This document shows positions 26,091 through 37,830 of a stretch of 64,000 bases of DNA, piece after piece (the first letter of the stretch is position 1; every line of letters starts with the position of its first letter). This stretch comes from Octopus vulgaris. Taxonomy: Eukaryota. Location: contig OX597820.1 of assembly GCA_951406725.2 (NCBI GenBank), positions 14,260,001 to 14,324,000 of the forward strand. Reading direction: 5' to 3'. The notes beneath the pieces are model-generated. The model was given only the letters and a program-made list of their open reading frames with translations. It made no database searches and had not been told where the DNA came from. Both the position numbers and the translations under genes were made by a program.

Positions 26091-29000
26091 ACTCTTTCAA
26101 TGTTGTAAAACAAAGAATTGTCAGGATAAAACATTAGAGTTAGCGACTGCCAAACTTGGTGAATAAGGAATTGGATATTTCATTCTTAATGACTTGATAT
26201 TTTTTGAAATGAGAGAGAGTGAAAGCTGTGTGTTGCTGGTACTTTATAAATATTGGATTATTGCTACTTTTACAGTTGTAAAATGTTGGATTATGGCTGT
26301 TCATAAATTTCTGAAGCTTCTGGTAGTGGCTACTAAAGAAAGAATTAATCCTTTTGTTACCATATTTCTGTTGAACTAGATTGGTTTTACTCTTTACTCT
26401 TTTACTTTTTTACTTGTTTCAGTCATTTGACTGTGGCCATGCTGGAGCACCGCCTTTAGTCAAGCAAATCAACCCCAGGACTTATTCTTTGTAAGCCCAG
26501 TACTTATTCTATCGGTCTCTTTTGCCGAACCGCTAAGTGACGGGGACGTAAACACACCAGCATCAGTTGTCAAGCAATGCTAGGGGGACAAACACAGACA
26601 CACAAACATACACGCACACATAGACACACATATATACATATATACATATATACGACAGGCTTCTTTCAGTTTCAGTCTACCAAATCCACTCACAAGGCTT
26701 TGGTCGGCCCAAGGTGCCACACAGTGGGACTGAACCCAGAACCATGTGGTTGGTAAGCAAGCTACTTACCACACAGCCACTCCTGCACTATTTGTTTCAA
26801 ATAGTTTTGAATCTAATGAAGAATCTTGTAAAATGATACTGTAAATATTACTAGATTTTAGAACTTAAAATGACATGAAATTCTGATGGTAAGCTTCAAT
26901 TTAGATCACTTTAACACTCTTGTGACCATATTTTGGTGGAAATACATTGCTTTGTTTCATCTATTTTTGACAATAATGAAGAATGTGGTAAAATAACTTC
27001 GTCATTATTAACCCATTAACTGCCAAATCTTTTTATATTCTTTACCCTTGCCAGGTGTCTTAAGAGTTAAAATAATATATGATATTTAAATATTTTGAAA
27101 ACTCTCAAATGGGAATTGCTGAAAAAAAAAAAGCATATTTATCCTTTTCTGTTCAATTGCAATAATAAACATTTTAGTTTCTTTGAAACTCTAGTATCAA
27201 CTGTGAATGTGTATGAAATAGCAATGAATGTTAGAGATGGAAAATGCAAGAAAATGAAAAAGAAAACAACGTTTTCAAAACAGTTAATACTTTTGTAGTT
27301 CAAAAATAGTGATTTATGACATAAAATGTTCTCTGGATTTCACCAGAGCTAATAATGACGAACTTTAACGACTAAATATTGTTAAACACAACCTCTGCAG
27401 ATGCAATGTACATAAGCAATTCACTTTAAATACAACGAACAACCAGCAGTGAGACTGTTTTTATCGGATCCCCAAATGGGGCTCATGGCAGGCAATGGGT
27501 TAAGCTGGTTTTTAGAACTTATCATGAAATTTTGATGGAAGGTTTTAATTTCAATCACTTTAATCCTTTAGTGTTTGCATTATTCTGCCAAAATTAATGC
27601 TTTCTTTTTATCCACATTGTTTTGAACTAATCCTGCATTATCTTGTAGCTATGAGATTCTGATGAGGTACCTGTTAATTTTTAAGATGATATTGTAGGGT
27701 TGGTGTGAGAGGCCAGATATGGCCAGTTTGAACATAAAACAGGCAGAATACTTTTGGCCGGATCGCCTTACTGGCGCTTGTGCTGGTGGCATGTGAAAAA
27801 ACATTCGAGCGAGGTCGTTGCCAGTGCTGCTGGACTGCCTCCTGTACAGGTGGCACATAAAAAGCATCATTTGAGCATGACTGTTGCCAGTACTGCTTGA
27901 CTGGCGCTCTTGCCGGTGGCACATAATAGGCACCCATACACTTTCGGAGTGGTTGGCATTAGGAAGGGCATCCAGCTGTAGAAACTTTGCCAGATCAGAT
28001 TCGAATCTGGTGCAGCCATCTGGTTCGCCAGTCCTCAGTCAAATCGTCCAACCCATGCTAGCATAGAAAGCAGATGTTAAACGATAATGATGATGGCCAG
28101 TTTAAATGCTAAAGAGTTAAGTCTTTTGTTACCATATTTCTGTTTGAATACACTGTTTTGGTTTCAATAAATTTTTAAAATAATGAAGAATTTAGTCAGT
28201 TAACTTTTATTATTATTAAGCTGGTTTCTAGGACTCAATTTTACATGAATTTTGATGTAAAGTTTTAATTATTCCCACTTTAAAACAAGGAATTTGTATC
28301 ATAGAACTATGAGGTTGGTACCAAAATCGGTAAAGGTCATACTACTGGTATTGAACTGTCCCAATTTTCTGCATATTTGTTTTACTTCAGATGCTGATGT
28401 GATGCGACTGGTACCCATGCCGGTGGCATGTAAAAGCATCCATTACACTCATGGAGTGGTTGGCATTGGGAAGGGCATCCAGCTGTAGAAACCATACCAA
28501 ATCAGACTCGAGTCTGGTGCAGTCCCTCAGCTTACCAGCCCTGGTCAAGCCATCCAACCCATACCAACATGGACAACAGATGTTAAATGATGAAGATGAT
28601 GATGAGGATGTATTATTTGATGTTCTACTTTAATGCTTGGATTAGCTGAGACAATAACATTTGCTTAGATCCCTTATGTTTTAAGTAAGAATCAACTGCA
28701 ATGGTATGTAGGCACCATGAAGATGGTTTCAAAGAATTCTGCAAGAAAACGATTGTATTTTCTTATTTTAAAAGGGAAAAAAAAATCAACTGAAATGAGA
28801 ATGAACAAAAGTGAAATTTTTTAAAGTCACGACCATAATAGATATAACAACACAGAGAGGAGCAGAGAGGCACGACAAATGGCACGAAGGGAGATTGAAC
28901 CAATTTAGGCCTGTGAATATAAATACATACATTGTGTGTGTGTATAAACACATATACACATACATATATATGTGTGTGTATGTATACATATACATACGTG

Positions 29001-29162
29001 TATGTGCATGTACGTATTTGTGTGTGTGTGTTTGCATGTATATATATACATATATATATATACTTATAAATATGTATATGCATGTGTATATTCATATAGA
29101 CACATGCACATGTGTGTGTAATTTTATATGTATATATATAAATAAATAAATATGTATATATG

Positions 29163-29197
<35 letters not shown>

Positions 29198-29325
29198 TTA
29201 TATATGTATATATATATATATATAAACATATATATATATATATATATCTAAAGATATATATATATATATGTTTATATATATGTGTATATATATACACACA
29301 CATAAATATATACATATATATATAA

Positions 29326-29365
<40 letters not shown>

Positions 29366-29718
29366 GCACACACACACAGCACACATGTGTGCATATATAC
29401 ATATACATATATATATATATATATATATACACACATGCTCACACATACAGCACACATGTGTGCATACCGTTATTGAGATGTGTGACTGCATGTGAACATC
29501 AGAGGAATTTGTAGACAGAGGAAGAGAAGAAGAGAACAACTGCCGCTGCCGCCGCCGCCGCCGCCGCTACTGCTTCTGTAATTGGTAACTGGCATAAATT
29601 CCTTGTAAGCAAACCATTATTTCATTGAATGTGACATCATGTTCAGGTTCATATGACTCAAATTGCACCATATGCTAAGATGCATCTGGCAAAAGCATTC
29701 TCCCGTTTGTTGTTGCTT

Positions 29719-29750
<32 letters not shown>

Positions 29751-30013
29751 GCTATTATTATTATTATTGCTATTATTATTATTATTATTATTATTGCTAT
29801 TATTATTATTATTACTATTATTATTTTTCAGACCTTGTGCTTATAGTAGAAAGGATTATTATTATTATTATTATTATTACTATAATTGTTGTGGTTGTTG
29901 TTGTACAGAAATGTACTGAAATGAATCTGATTCGTTATTGTGAATAGAAAATTAATAAACTTTCCATTCATTTTGTTTGTCCAGCTGCTTTTATCAGCTT
30001 TTTTCGTACACAG

Positions 30014-30053
30014 CGCTGTCACAATTAGGCTAAAATTCTACAAGTGGCAGACC
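30014..30053 (+). CDS. Candidate 40-nt host exon (AVTIRLKFYKWQT)
   Basis: Acceptor ttttttcgtacacag, donor gtatgt, one open frame, non-repetitive sequence. Confidence 0.3.
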
Positions 30054-30594
30054 GTATGTATGGTTTTTTTTTCCCCTGATGTCAAGCCATTCAATGCAGC
30101 CTGCATTTTGCTTTTCTCCCCGTGCCTCACAAGGCCCGGCTGCATGGCAAGTATAGGCACAGGCGTGGTCATGTAGTAAGAAGCTTCCTTGGGACTGTGT
30201 ATGAGGTTTATCGCCCCATTGTGATTTTAAAAAAAAGAAAAAAAGAACAATGTTTTAGAGAAGCGAAAGTCGGCGGGCGCTTTTCGTCTTCTCCCATCCT
30301 TATCATCCTTGCATCATTATCATTCATCTCATTAATGTCTGTGTCCAGCCCGCAAGCTTCTCTCTGTGTGCTGCCCTTGTGGCAAATTTAATGAAATAAA
30401 GAAGCTTCCTTCCCGACCACATGTTTTCAGGTTCAGTCCCACTGCATGGCACCTTGAGCAAGTGTCTTTTTCTATAACCTCAGGTCAACAAAAGCCCTGT
30501 GAGCGGATTTGGTAGATGGAAACTGAAAGAAGCCCATTGTATGTATATGTGTGTGCGTGTGTATAGAGCATGTGTACATAAACAGCACCGTTCA

Positions 30595-30778
30595 AGCACT
30601 GGGCCTCGGAGAGGCAAAGTTGCTGAGTTCCTTTTGAGTGTTGGACCTCATGGAGGCAAAGTGGCTGAGTTCCTTTTGAGTGTTGGACCTCATGGAGGCA
30701 AAGTTGCTGAGTTCCTTTTGAGTGTTGGACCTCATGGAGGCAAAGTTGCTGAGTTCCTTTTGAGTGTTGGGCCTCGGA
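30595..30778. repeat. 42-bp tandem repeat (~4.4 units)
   Basis: Unit AGTGTTGGACCTCATGGAGGCAAAGTTGCTGAGTTCCTTTTG. Confidence 0.9.
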
Positions 30779-31179
30779 AACTGGACATTGTTGTGATGAA
30801 TAAAAAAGAATGTGCATGGTAATCGACTTAGTATTCCCCAGTGACAACAGGATCAATGAGAAAAAACAAAAAATAAACAACTATGACGATTTAAAGTGGG
30901 AAATACGAAGGTTGTGGTCAATGAGGAGAGTAGAGGAGATACCAATAGTAATTGGTGCACTTGGAAGTATCAACACTCAACTACCAACATGGGTGGAAAA
31001 GATTGGTGGAAGTGTGAAGTTAGAACAACTACAAAGATCAGCATTGCTTGGAACTGCAAGAATCCTTCACAGGGTTTATGAAGCATGACCAATTAAACAA
31101 ATGTCATCCTAGTCTGTTGGCTGTGGAAAGCTGATACTTTCCATCATACCTGGCAAAGTAAGTTGTGAGTTTTCATCAC

Positions 31180-31220
<41 letters not shown>
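30775..31220 (+). mobile_element. R4/Dong-like non-LTR retrotransposon 3' end (restriction-like endonuclease) with (TAA)n tail
   Basis: RKLDIVV, IDLVFPSD..I.EK..K..Y.DL, IPIVIGALG, LQRSALLGTARIL; tail 31180-31220; related fragment at ~52045-52290. Confidence 0.8.
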
Positions 31221-31651
31221 CTTTTCTGCTGTAGGCAGAAGGCTTGGAGTTTTGGGGGAGAGAGCTAGTTGATTACACTGACCCCAGTGTTTCACTGGTA
31301 CTTAATTTACTGACCCCTAAAAGATGACAGGCAAAGTTGACCTCAGTGGAATTTGAACTCAGAAGGTAAAGATGGGTGAAATGACACTAACCATTTCATC
31401 CAGTGTGCTAACGATTCTGCCAGCTTGCCATCTTAATAATAATAATTATTATTATTTCAAATTTTTGCCACAAGGGCAGCTTGGAGGAAGTGGAGATGAG
31501 TCGATTACATCGACCCCAGTGTTCAACTGGTTTTTATTTTTATTGATCCCGTAAGGATGAAAGGCAAGGTTGATCTTGGTAGAACCTAGAATGTAGCAAT
31601 GGACAAAATGCTGCTAAGTATTTCATCCAGAGTGCTAACAATTTTGCCAGC

Positions 31652-32087
31652 TACAAATGTCTTGTTTCCATAAGTTCTGAATTAAAATCTTCCACCAAAT
31701 CTTAGTCACAATTTATGTTCCGAACACTTGCTTAATGATAACTAAGTTATTTTACTAAATTCTTTGTTATATTTAAAGTAATTGAAAGAAACACACAGCA
31801 TCTCAACAGAAATATGGTAACAAAAGGGTTAAAATATATAATAGAGAAACAATTCTTAACCCTTTAGATACCAACCTGGCTGAAATCGCCTCTGGCTCTG
31901 TAGTACAAATGTCTTGTTTTCATAAGTTTTCAATTAAAATCTTTCACCAAACCTTAGTCACAATTTAATGTTCCTAACACAAGCTTAATGATAACTAAGT
32001 CATTTTACTAAATTCTTTGTTATATTTAAAATTAATTGAAAGAAACACAAAGCATCTTAAAATAAATACTGTAATGACAGGGTTAAT
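31652..32087. repeat. ~253-bp-period tandem of an AT-rich dispersed repeat
   Basis: tacaaatgtcttgttt..cataagtt..ctaagt.attttactaaattctttg at ~31652 and ~31904. Confidence 0.75.
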
Positions 32088-32106
32088 AACAATAATAATA
32101 ATAGTG

Positions 32107-32170
<64 letters not shown>

Positions 32171-32633
32171 TAAAAATAATGATGATGATGATTATGATAA
32201 ATAAATACATCATTTGACTAAATCCTTCAAGACAGTACTCCAGCATGGCCACAATACAATGACTGAAACAAGTAAAAGATAGAAGATATATATACATTCC
32301 AAAGTTGAGATTTAAGCCAAGATCTTAATTTCCAAGACAGGAGACCAAGACTCTGCTCACAATCCAAATATCGCAGTCCCTTCATGCTTTAATTTTTTTC
32401 TTTGTATTATTTGTATTTTTATTCTTTCATTCATTTACTTGTTTCAGTCATTAGACTATGGCCATGCTGGGGCATCGTCTTGAAGAGTTTTAGTCAAATT
32501 AATTCAGCCCGGTACTTACTTTTTAAGCTTGGTACTTATTTTATCGGTCTCTTTTGCAGAACTACTAAGTTACAGGTATATAACCACTCCAACACTGGTT
32601 GTTAAGTGGTGGTGGTGATAAACATACACACAC

Positions 32634-32664
<31 letters not shown>

Positions 32665-32666
32665 AA

Positions 32667-33666
32667 TAATGAGGGAGATAAATTAATATTAATTTTAATA
32701 TCAATTTAAAACCAGTAGTCCAGCATACAAAAAATCTGAGAAGTCAGAGAAAATTCTAATATATGTGTATATTGGCAGGGCCAGACTGCTAGGTAGTCGG
32801 CCAAATGCTAGAAATAGATCATCAACGATCAAACTACAAAGGGAATTCTCTAGAGGAAAAATTCAGCGAACACCAGAACCAAATTTGGCAGGCAGGACAG
32901 ATGAAAAATTTATATAAAAAACAGAATTAAATGCATACCTCGGTTTCGGCCTTTAACAAAAGAATTACTTACATAATTCAAATGTCCGTGGCTTCATCAG
33001 TGCATTCGTTCAGCGTAAATGCAGTCTGAAAAACTAACCCCAGCTTTCTGTGCCAAGACAGACACGTGCTTAGTTTTACCGATTACATTAGGGTTAAAAT
33101 TTCAAATGTCTTGGTTCCGGTGTGCTAAGAAATTCCTGAAGCGAAGGGCTGCAGTAAATAATTCACTGCGGTTAGTGCTTGCTACTAGAGAACGTATTTA
33201 TTTCAATATTTAAATAATCATCATCATCATCATTTAACGTCCGCTTTCCATGCTAGCATGGGTTGGACGGTTCAACTGGGGTCTGGGGAGCCCGAAGGCT
33301 GCACCAGGCCAGTCAGATCTGGCAGTGTTTCTACAGCTGGATGCCCTTCCTAACGCCAACCACTCCGAGAGTGTAGTGGGTGATTTTATGTGCCACCGAC
33401 ACAGGTACCAGACGAGGCTGGCGAACGGCCACGCTCGGATAGTGTTTTTTATGTGCCACCGACACAGGTGCCAGATGAGGCTGGCGAACGGCCATGATCA
33501 GATGGTGTTTGTTACGTGCCCACAGCACGGAGGCCAGTCGATGTGGTACTGGCTACGGCCACGTTCGGATAGTTTTCTTGTGTGCTACCGAAAACCATTC
33601 GAATGAGGGAGATAAATTAATATTAATTTTAATATCAATTTAAAACCAGTAGTCCAGCATACAAAA

Positions 33667-33668
<2 letters not shown>
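32667..33668 (-). mobile_element. Non-coding HHR-bearing element with ~65-bp terminal direct repeat, interrupted by a family D insertion (~33218-33600)
   Basis: aatgagggagataaattaatatt...ccagcatacaaaaa at ~32667 and ~33602; (TA)n flanks. Confidence 0.72.
32930..33006 (-). ncRNA. Type I hammerhead ribozyme
   Basis: Minus strand reads AATGCA CTGATGA aGCC..long loop..GGCc GAAA CCgaGG TA TGCATT. Confidence 0.75.
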
Positions 33669-33703
<35 letters not shown>

Positions 33704-34032
33704 CATATCTATATACTATTAAAAGTCAGATTGAATCTTGCTTGCTTGCAATGTTACTCAGCTAAACTGGCACACAATGAGAAAATACTATGAATTAAGT
33801 TTACCCTGAAATATTAATACGAATGGAATGAAACAAGTTTCGCGTTAATCAGTAAAGTGGTTTTCAAAATATTAGAGGTTTTTGAGGTAGAAATACCCCA
33901 AACGGTTCAAAATGGGAAAATGTTCCAAAAATAATCTTCATCCTGAAAGGGAAGAAACTTTTATCGTTGTATTAGATACAATGAACATTATTTACATTTG
34001 ATGGATATTTGTCCTCATCTTGTTTGTTGTTA

Positions 34033-34076
34033 ACATAATGTTTCGGCTGATATACCCTCCAGCCTTCATCAGGTGT
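34033..34076 (-). ncRNA. Minimal hammerhead ribozyme (degenerate stems I/III)
   Basis: Minus strand reads ACAC CTGATGA aGGCTGgagggtatatCAGCC GAAA catt atgt. Confidence 0.6.
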
Positions 34077-34210
34077 CTTGAGGAAATTTCAAAACTGGGT
34101 TCTCATTCCTAAGGTATTTTTCGATGTTGTTGTTGTTATTATTATTATTATCATCATCATTATTATTATTTACATTTGATGGATATTTGCCCTCATTTTG
34201 CTTGTTGTTA

Positions 34211-34254
34211 ACACAACATTTCAGCTGATATATTCTCCAGCCTTCTTCAGGTGT
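34211..34254 (-). ncRNA. Minimal hammerhead ribozyme
   Basis: Minus strand reads ACAC CTGAAGA aGGCTG..CAGCT GAAA tgtt GTGT. Confidence 0.6.
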
Positions 34255-34397
34255 CCTGGGGGAAATTTTGAAACTGGGTTCTCATTCCTAAAGTACTTTT
34301 CAATGTTATTATTATTATTATTCATAATAATAATAATAACATAGAAAAATACCTTAGGAATCATTCCTAAGGAACCCAGGTTAGAAATTTCCCCAAG

Positions 34398-34441
34398 ACA
34401 CCTGATGAAGGCTGGAGGGTATATCAGGTGAAACATTGTGT
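34398..34441 (+). ncRNA. Minimal hammerhead ribozyme (degenerate)
   Basis: ACAC CTGATGA aggCTG..CAGgt GAAA catt GTGT. Confidence 0.55.
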
Positions 34442-35751
34442 TAACAACAAGATAAGGACAAATATCCGTCAAATGTAAATAGTGTACATAATTCCTCATC
34501 TCTTAAATATAGACCTGTAGATACTGAGTTGACTACGAAAAATTATGATTATTTATTTTTACAGTAAATGTTTGTATTTTTGCTTTTGTTAAATACAATA
34601 TTTTAATCATTTCGAAATATTTTAAAGTGAATGGGATTTCAGAAATATAAGTTGTTTGTACAGTAAGTATCTATATTTTAGCTTTCTTTAAACAGTCAGT
34701 ATTTTAATGTTTTTTCAAGTGAATACCATTACAAAAATTTCTTTTGGCATATTTAAAAACTATTCTAAAGTGAAAATGACTTTAAAAATACAGTAAATAT
34801 TTCGTAAAAGACCCATTAGTAACCTCAGTGTGAAATGGTTTTTTTCCATAGGTTTTTTTCAAGTGCATTCAACATATCCCATTGGCAAAAGATTTGGCTG
34901 TTATTTCTAGTAACAGCTACTTGCAATAAAGGACCTGAAATGCCTGTTACATTGCAGCAGGGCGTGCAAGAAATAGCAGCCAAATCTTTCCTTTTCTGGG
35001 GAAAGGAGCCATTTACGTGTGATTTCGATGTCACATTCATTGAAAGCATGCAAAATAATATGGAAGAGAACAAAAACCCACAAAACAAAACTCAGTTTCC
35101 TGGTGACCCAACAGGTCACGGGTAGTCTAGTATATATATATATATATATTTCCTTCTCTGAGTGTTTTATTAATACATTGCTTGTGCCATGTCCAAATGT
35201 TTGTATTTTCTTTTTCTCTGTGTTTTTTTTAATTATATATATATATATATATTGTGAAGGTGCATGGCTCAGTGGTTAGAGTGTCGAGCTTACGATCTTG
35301 AGGTTGTGAGCTCAAATCCCTGACTGAGCTGCGTGTTGTGTTCTTGAGCAAGACACTTTATTTCACGTTGCTCCAGTTCACTCAGCTGTAGAAATGAGTT
35401 GCGACGTCACAGGTGCCAAGATGTATCGACCGTTGCCTTTCCCTTGGATAACACTGATGGTGTGGAGAGGAGAGGCCAGTATGTATGGACAACTGCTGGT
35501 CTTCCATAAAACAACCCTGCCCGGAGGGTAACTTTCTAGGTGTAATCACATGGTCTGTGTCGTGACAGAAGGGGGTCTCAAAAAAACAATATATATATAT
35601 AGGCATAGGAGTGGCTGTGTGGTAAGTAGATTGCTTACGAACCACATGGTTCTGGGTTCAGTCCCACTGCGTGACACCTTGGGCAAGTGTCTTCTGCTAT
35701 AGCAGTGGATTTGGTAGATGGAAACTGAAAGAAGCCCATCGTATATATGTG

Positions 35752-35786
<35 letters not shown>

Positions 35787-36964
35787 ATGTTTGTGTGTCT
35801 GTGTTTGTCCTCCCCAACATCGCTTGACAACCGATGCTGGTGTGTTTATGTCCCCGTAAATTAGCGGTTCGGCAAAAGAGACTGATAGAATAAGTACTAG
35901 GCTTACAAGGAATAAGCCCTGGGGTCAATTTGCTCGACTAAAGGCGGTGCTCCAGTATGGCCACAGTCAAATGACTGAAACAAGTAAAAGAGTAAAAGAA
36001 AATGTATGTATATATGTATGTATATGACTGGCCTCTCTCAGTTTCTATCACAAGGCTTTGGTCAGCCCCAGCAATAGTAGAAGACACTTGCCCAAGGTGC
36101 CATATAGTGAGACTGAACCCAGAACCATGTGGTTGGGAAGCAAACTTCTAACCACACAGATTTTTTATATTTATTTATCTAATATATGCATGTATTTATA
36201 TATTTGTTACCTCTTAGGCAGGCTCAGAGAGCAAGACAGACAGACAGAGAAAAAGAAAAAACAAAGAAAGAGAGAGAGAGCAAGTGGGAGGAGAGAGAAA
36301 GAATTTGTAATTTTATTCCAGAAACTCCCAAGCATTTCATCGTATTAGAATTACTAATTAAAAATTCCCGTTATTGTAGGACACCTGGTGATTGCAAGAC
36401 CAGCTGTTTTCTAATGCATTTTAAATGGATAAACTTCCACTTAAATAAAACAATTCAAAAGCTTTCCAAATTAAAATATTAACTCTAGAAAACCCATGGA
36501 TCCATCAATCCACTGATTCATCCATTTCTGCTGGTCACTATTCCTGTGAAGCTTATTGGAGCAGAATCTCAGATCATCTCCTCCACAGGGTTCTACATGA
36601 AGCAAACATCATGAGACTTTCTGGCTAGATTCCCATGCATCTCTAATTGCAAAGATGGATATTATGCAGCCATCTCTTTCTTATTCTAACCCTAGGTCAT
36701 CTGCTAGCTCAGTTTGAAGAATTCGTCTTGCAATTCTTTCCTATGGCATTCTTACAGATATCCTGTGCTGGTGGCATGTAAAAAGCACCATCTGAATGTG
36801 GTTGGCGTTAGGAAGGGCATCCAGCTGTAGAAACACTGCCAAATCAGACTGGAGCCTGGTGCAGCCTCCTGGCTTCCCAGACCCTGGTCAAACCGTCCAA
36901 CCCGTGCAAGCACAGAAAACGGACGTTAAACGATGATGATCATGATCTGTTACATGCCAGGGGA

Positions 36965-37830
36965 AAAAACTAGAAGTAGTTGGTAGCTTCCGTTACCTAG
37001 GTGACTGAGTCAGTAGCAGAGGTGGGTGCTCTGAAAGTGTAACGGCTAGAATAAGAATAGCCTGGGCAAAGTTCAGAGAGCTCCTACCTCTGCTGGTGAC
37101 AAAGGGCCTCTTGCTCAGAGTAAAAGGTTGGCTGTATGACGCATGTGTGTGAACAGCCATGCTACATGGCAGTAAAACATGGGCTGTGACTGCTGAGGAC
37201 ATGCGTAAGCTTGCAAGGAATGAAGCTAGTATATGTAATGGATGTGTAATGTGTAATGTGAGTGTGTGTACAAGACAGAGTGTAAGTACCTTGAGAGAAA
37301 AGTTGGCCCTAAGAAGCATCAGATGTAGTGTGCAAGAGAGACAACTGCACTGTCATGTGTTGTGTATGGATGAGGAGAGCTGTGTGAAGAAGTGTCACAC
37401 CCTAACAGTAGAGGGAACCCATGGAAGAGGGAGACCCAGGAGGACCTGGGATAAGGCGGCAAAGCACAACCTTCAAACATTGGGCATCATGGAGGCAATG
37501 ACAAGTGACTGAGACTTTTGGAGATATGCTGTGCTTGAGATGACCTGGCAAGCCAAGTGGGACCGCGACCATGACCTATGCCAGTGCAGCATAACTGGTC
37601 TATTTAAGAGTATCCTTCAATCATTGGGCAATAAACTGTGCTTGCAAAGACCTGCTGAGTGAAATGAAATCATTGTCATGGCTGATGACAGTACTGCCTG
37701 ATTGGCATGCATACTGGTGGAATGTAAAAAGCACCATTTGAGCGTGGTTGATACCATGCCGGTGGCACGTAAAAAGCACCATTCAAGTGTGGTCGATGCC
37801 AGTACCACCTGACTGGCCCTCATGCCTCTC
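36965..37830 (+). mobile_element. RTE-clade LINE 3' fragment
   Basis: LEVVGSFRYLG, ARIRIAWAKFRELLPLL, MLHGSKTW, GRGRPRRTW; similar fragments at ~38310-38830, 44862-44975, 52295-52770. Confidence 0.85.

Larger units (their letters stand above)
23189..27817. repeat. 2.3-kb tandem duplication (23189-25494 and 25506-27817)
   Basis: Identical ORFs offset by 2317 bp (23474 vs 25791; 23877 vs 26194). Confidence 0.92.
33985..34500. mobile_element. ~180-bp HHR-bearing repeat in three copies (minus, minus, plus)
   Basis: Two tandem units followed by an inverted unit; units separated by (AAT)n. Confidence 0.78.
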
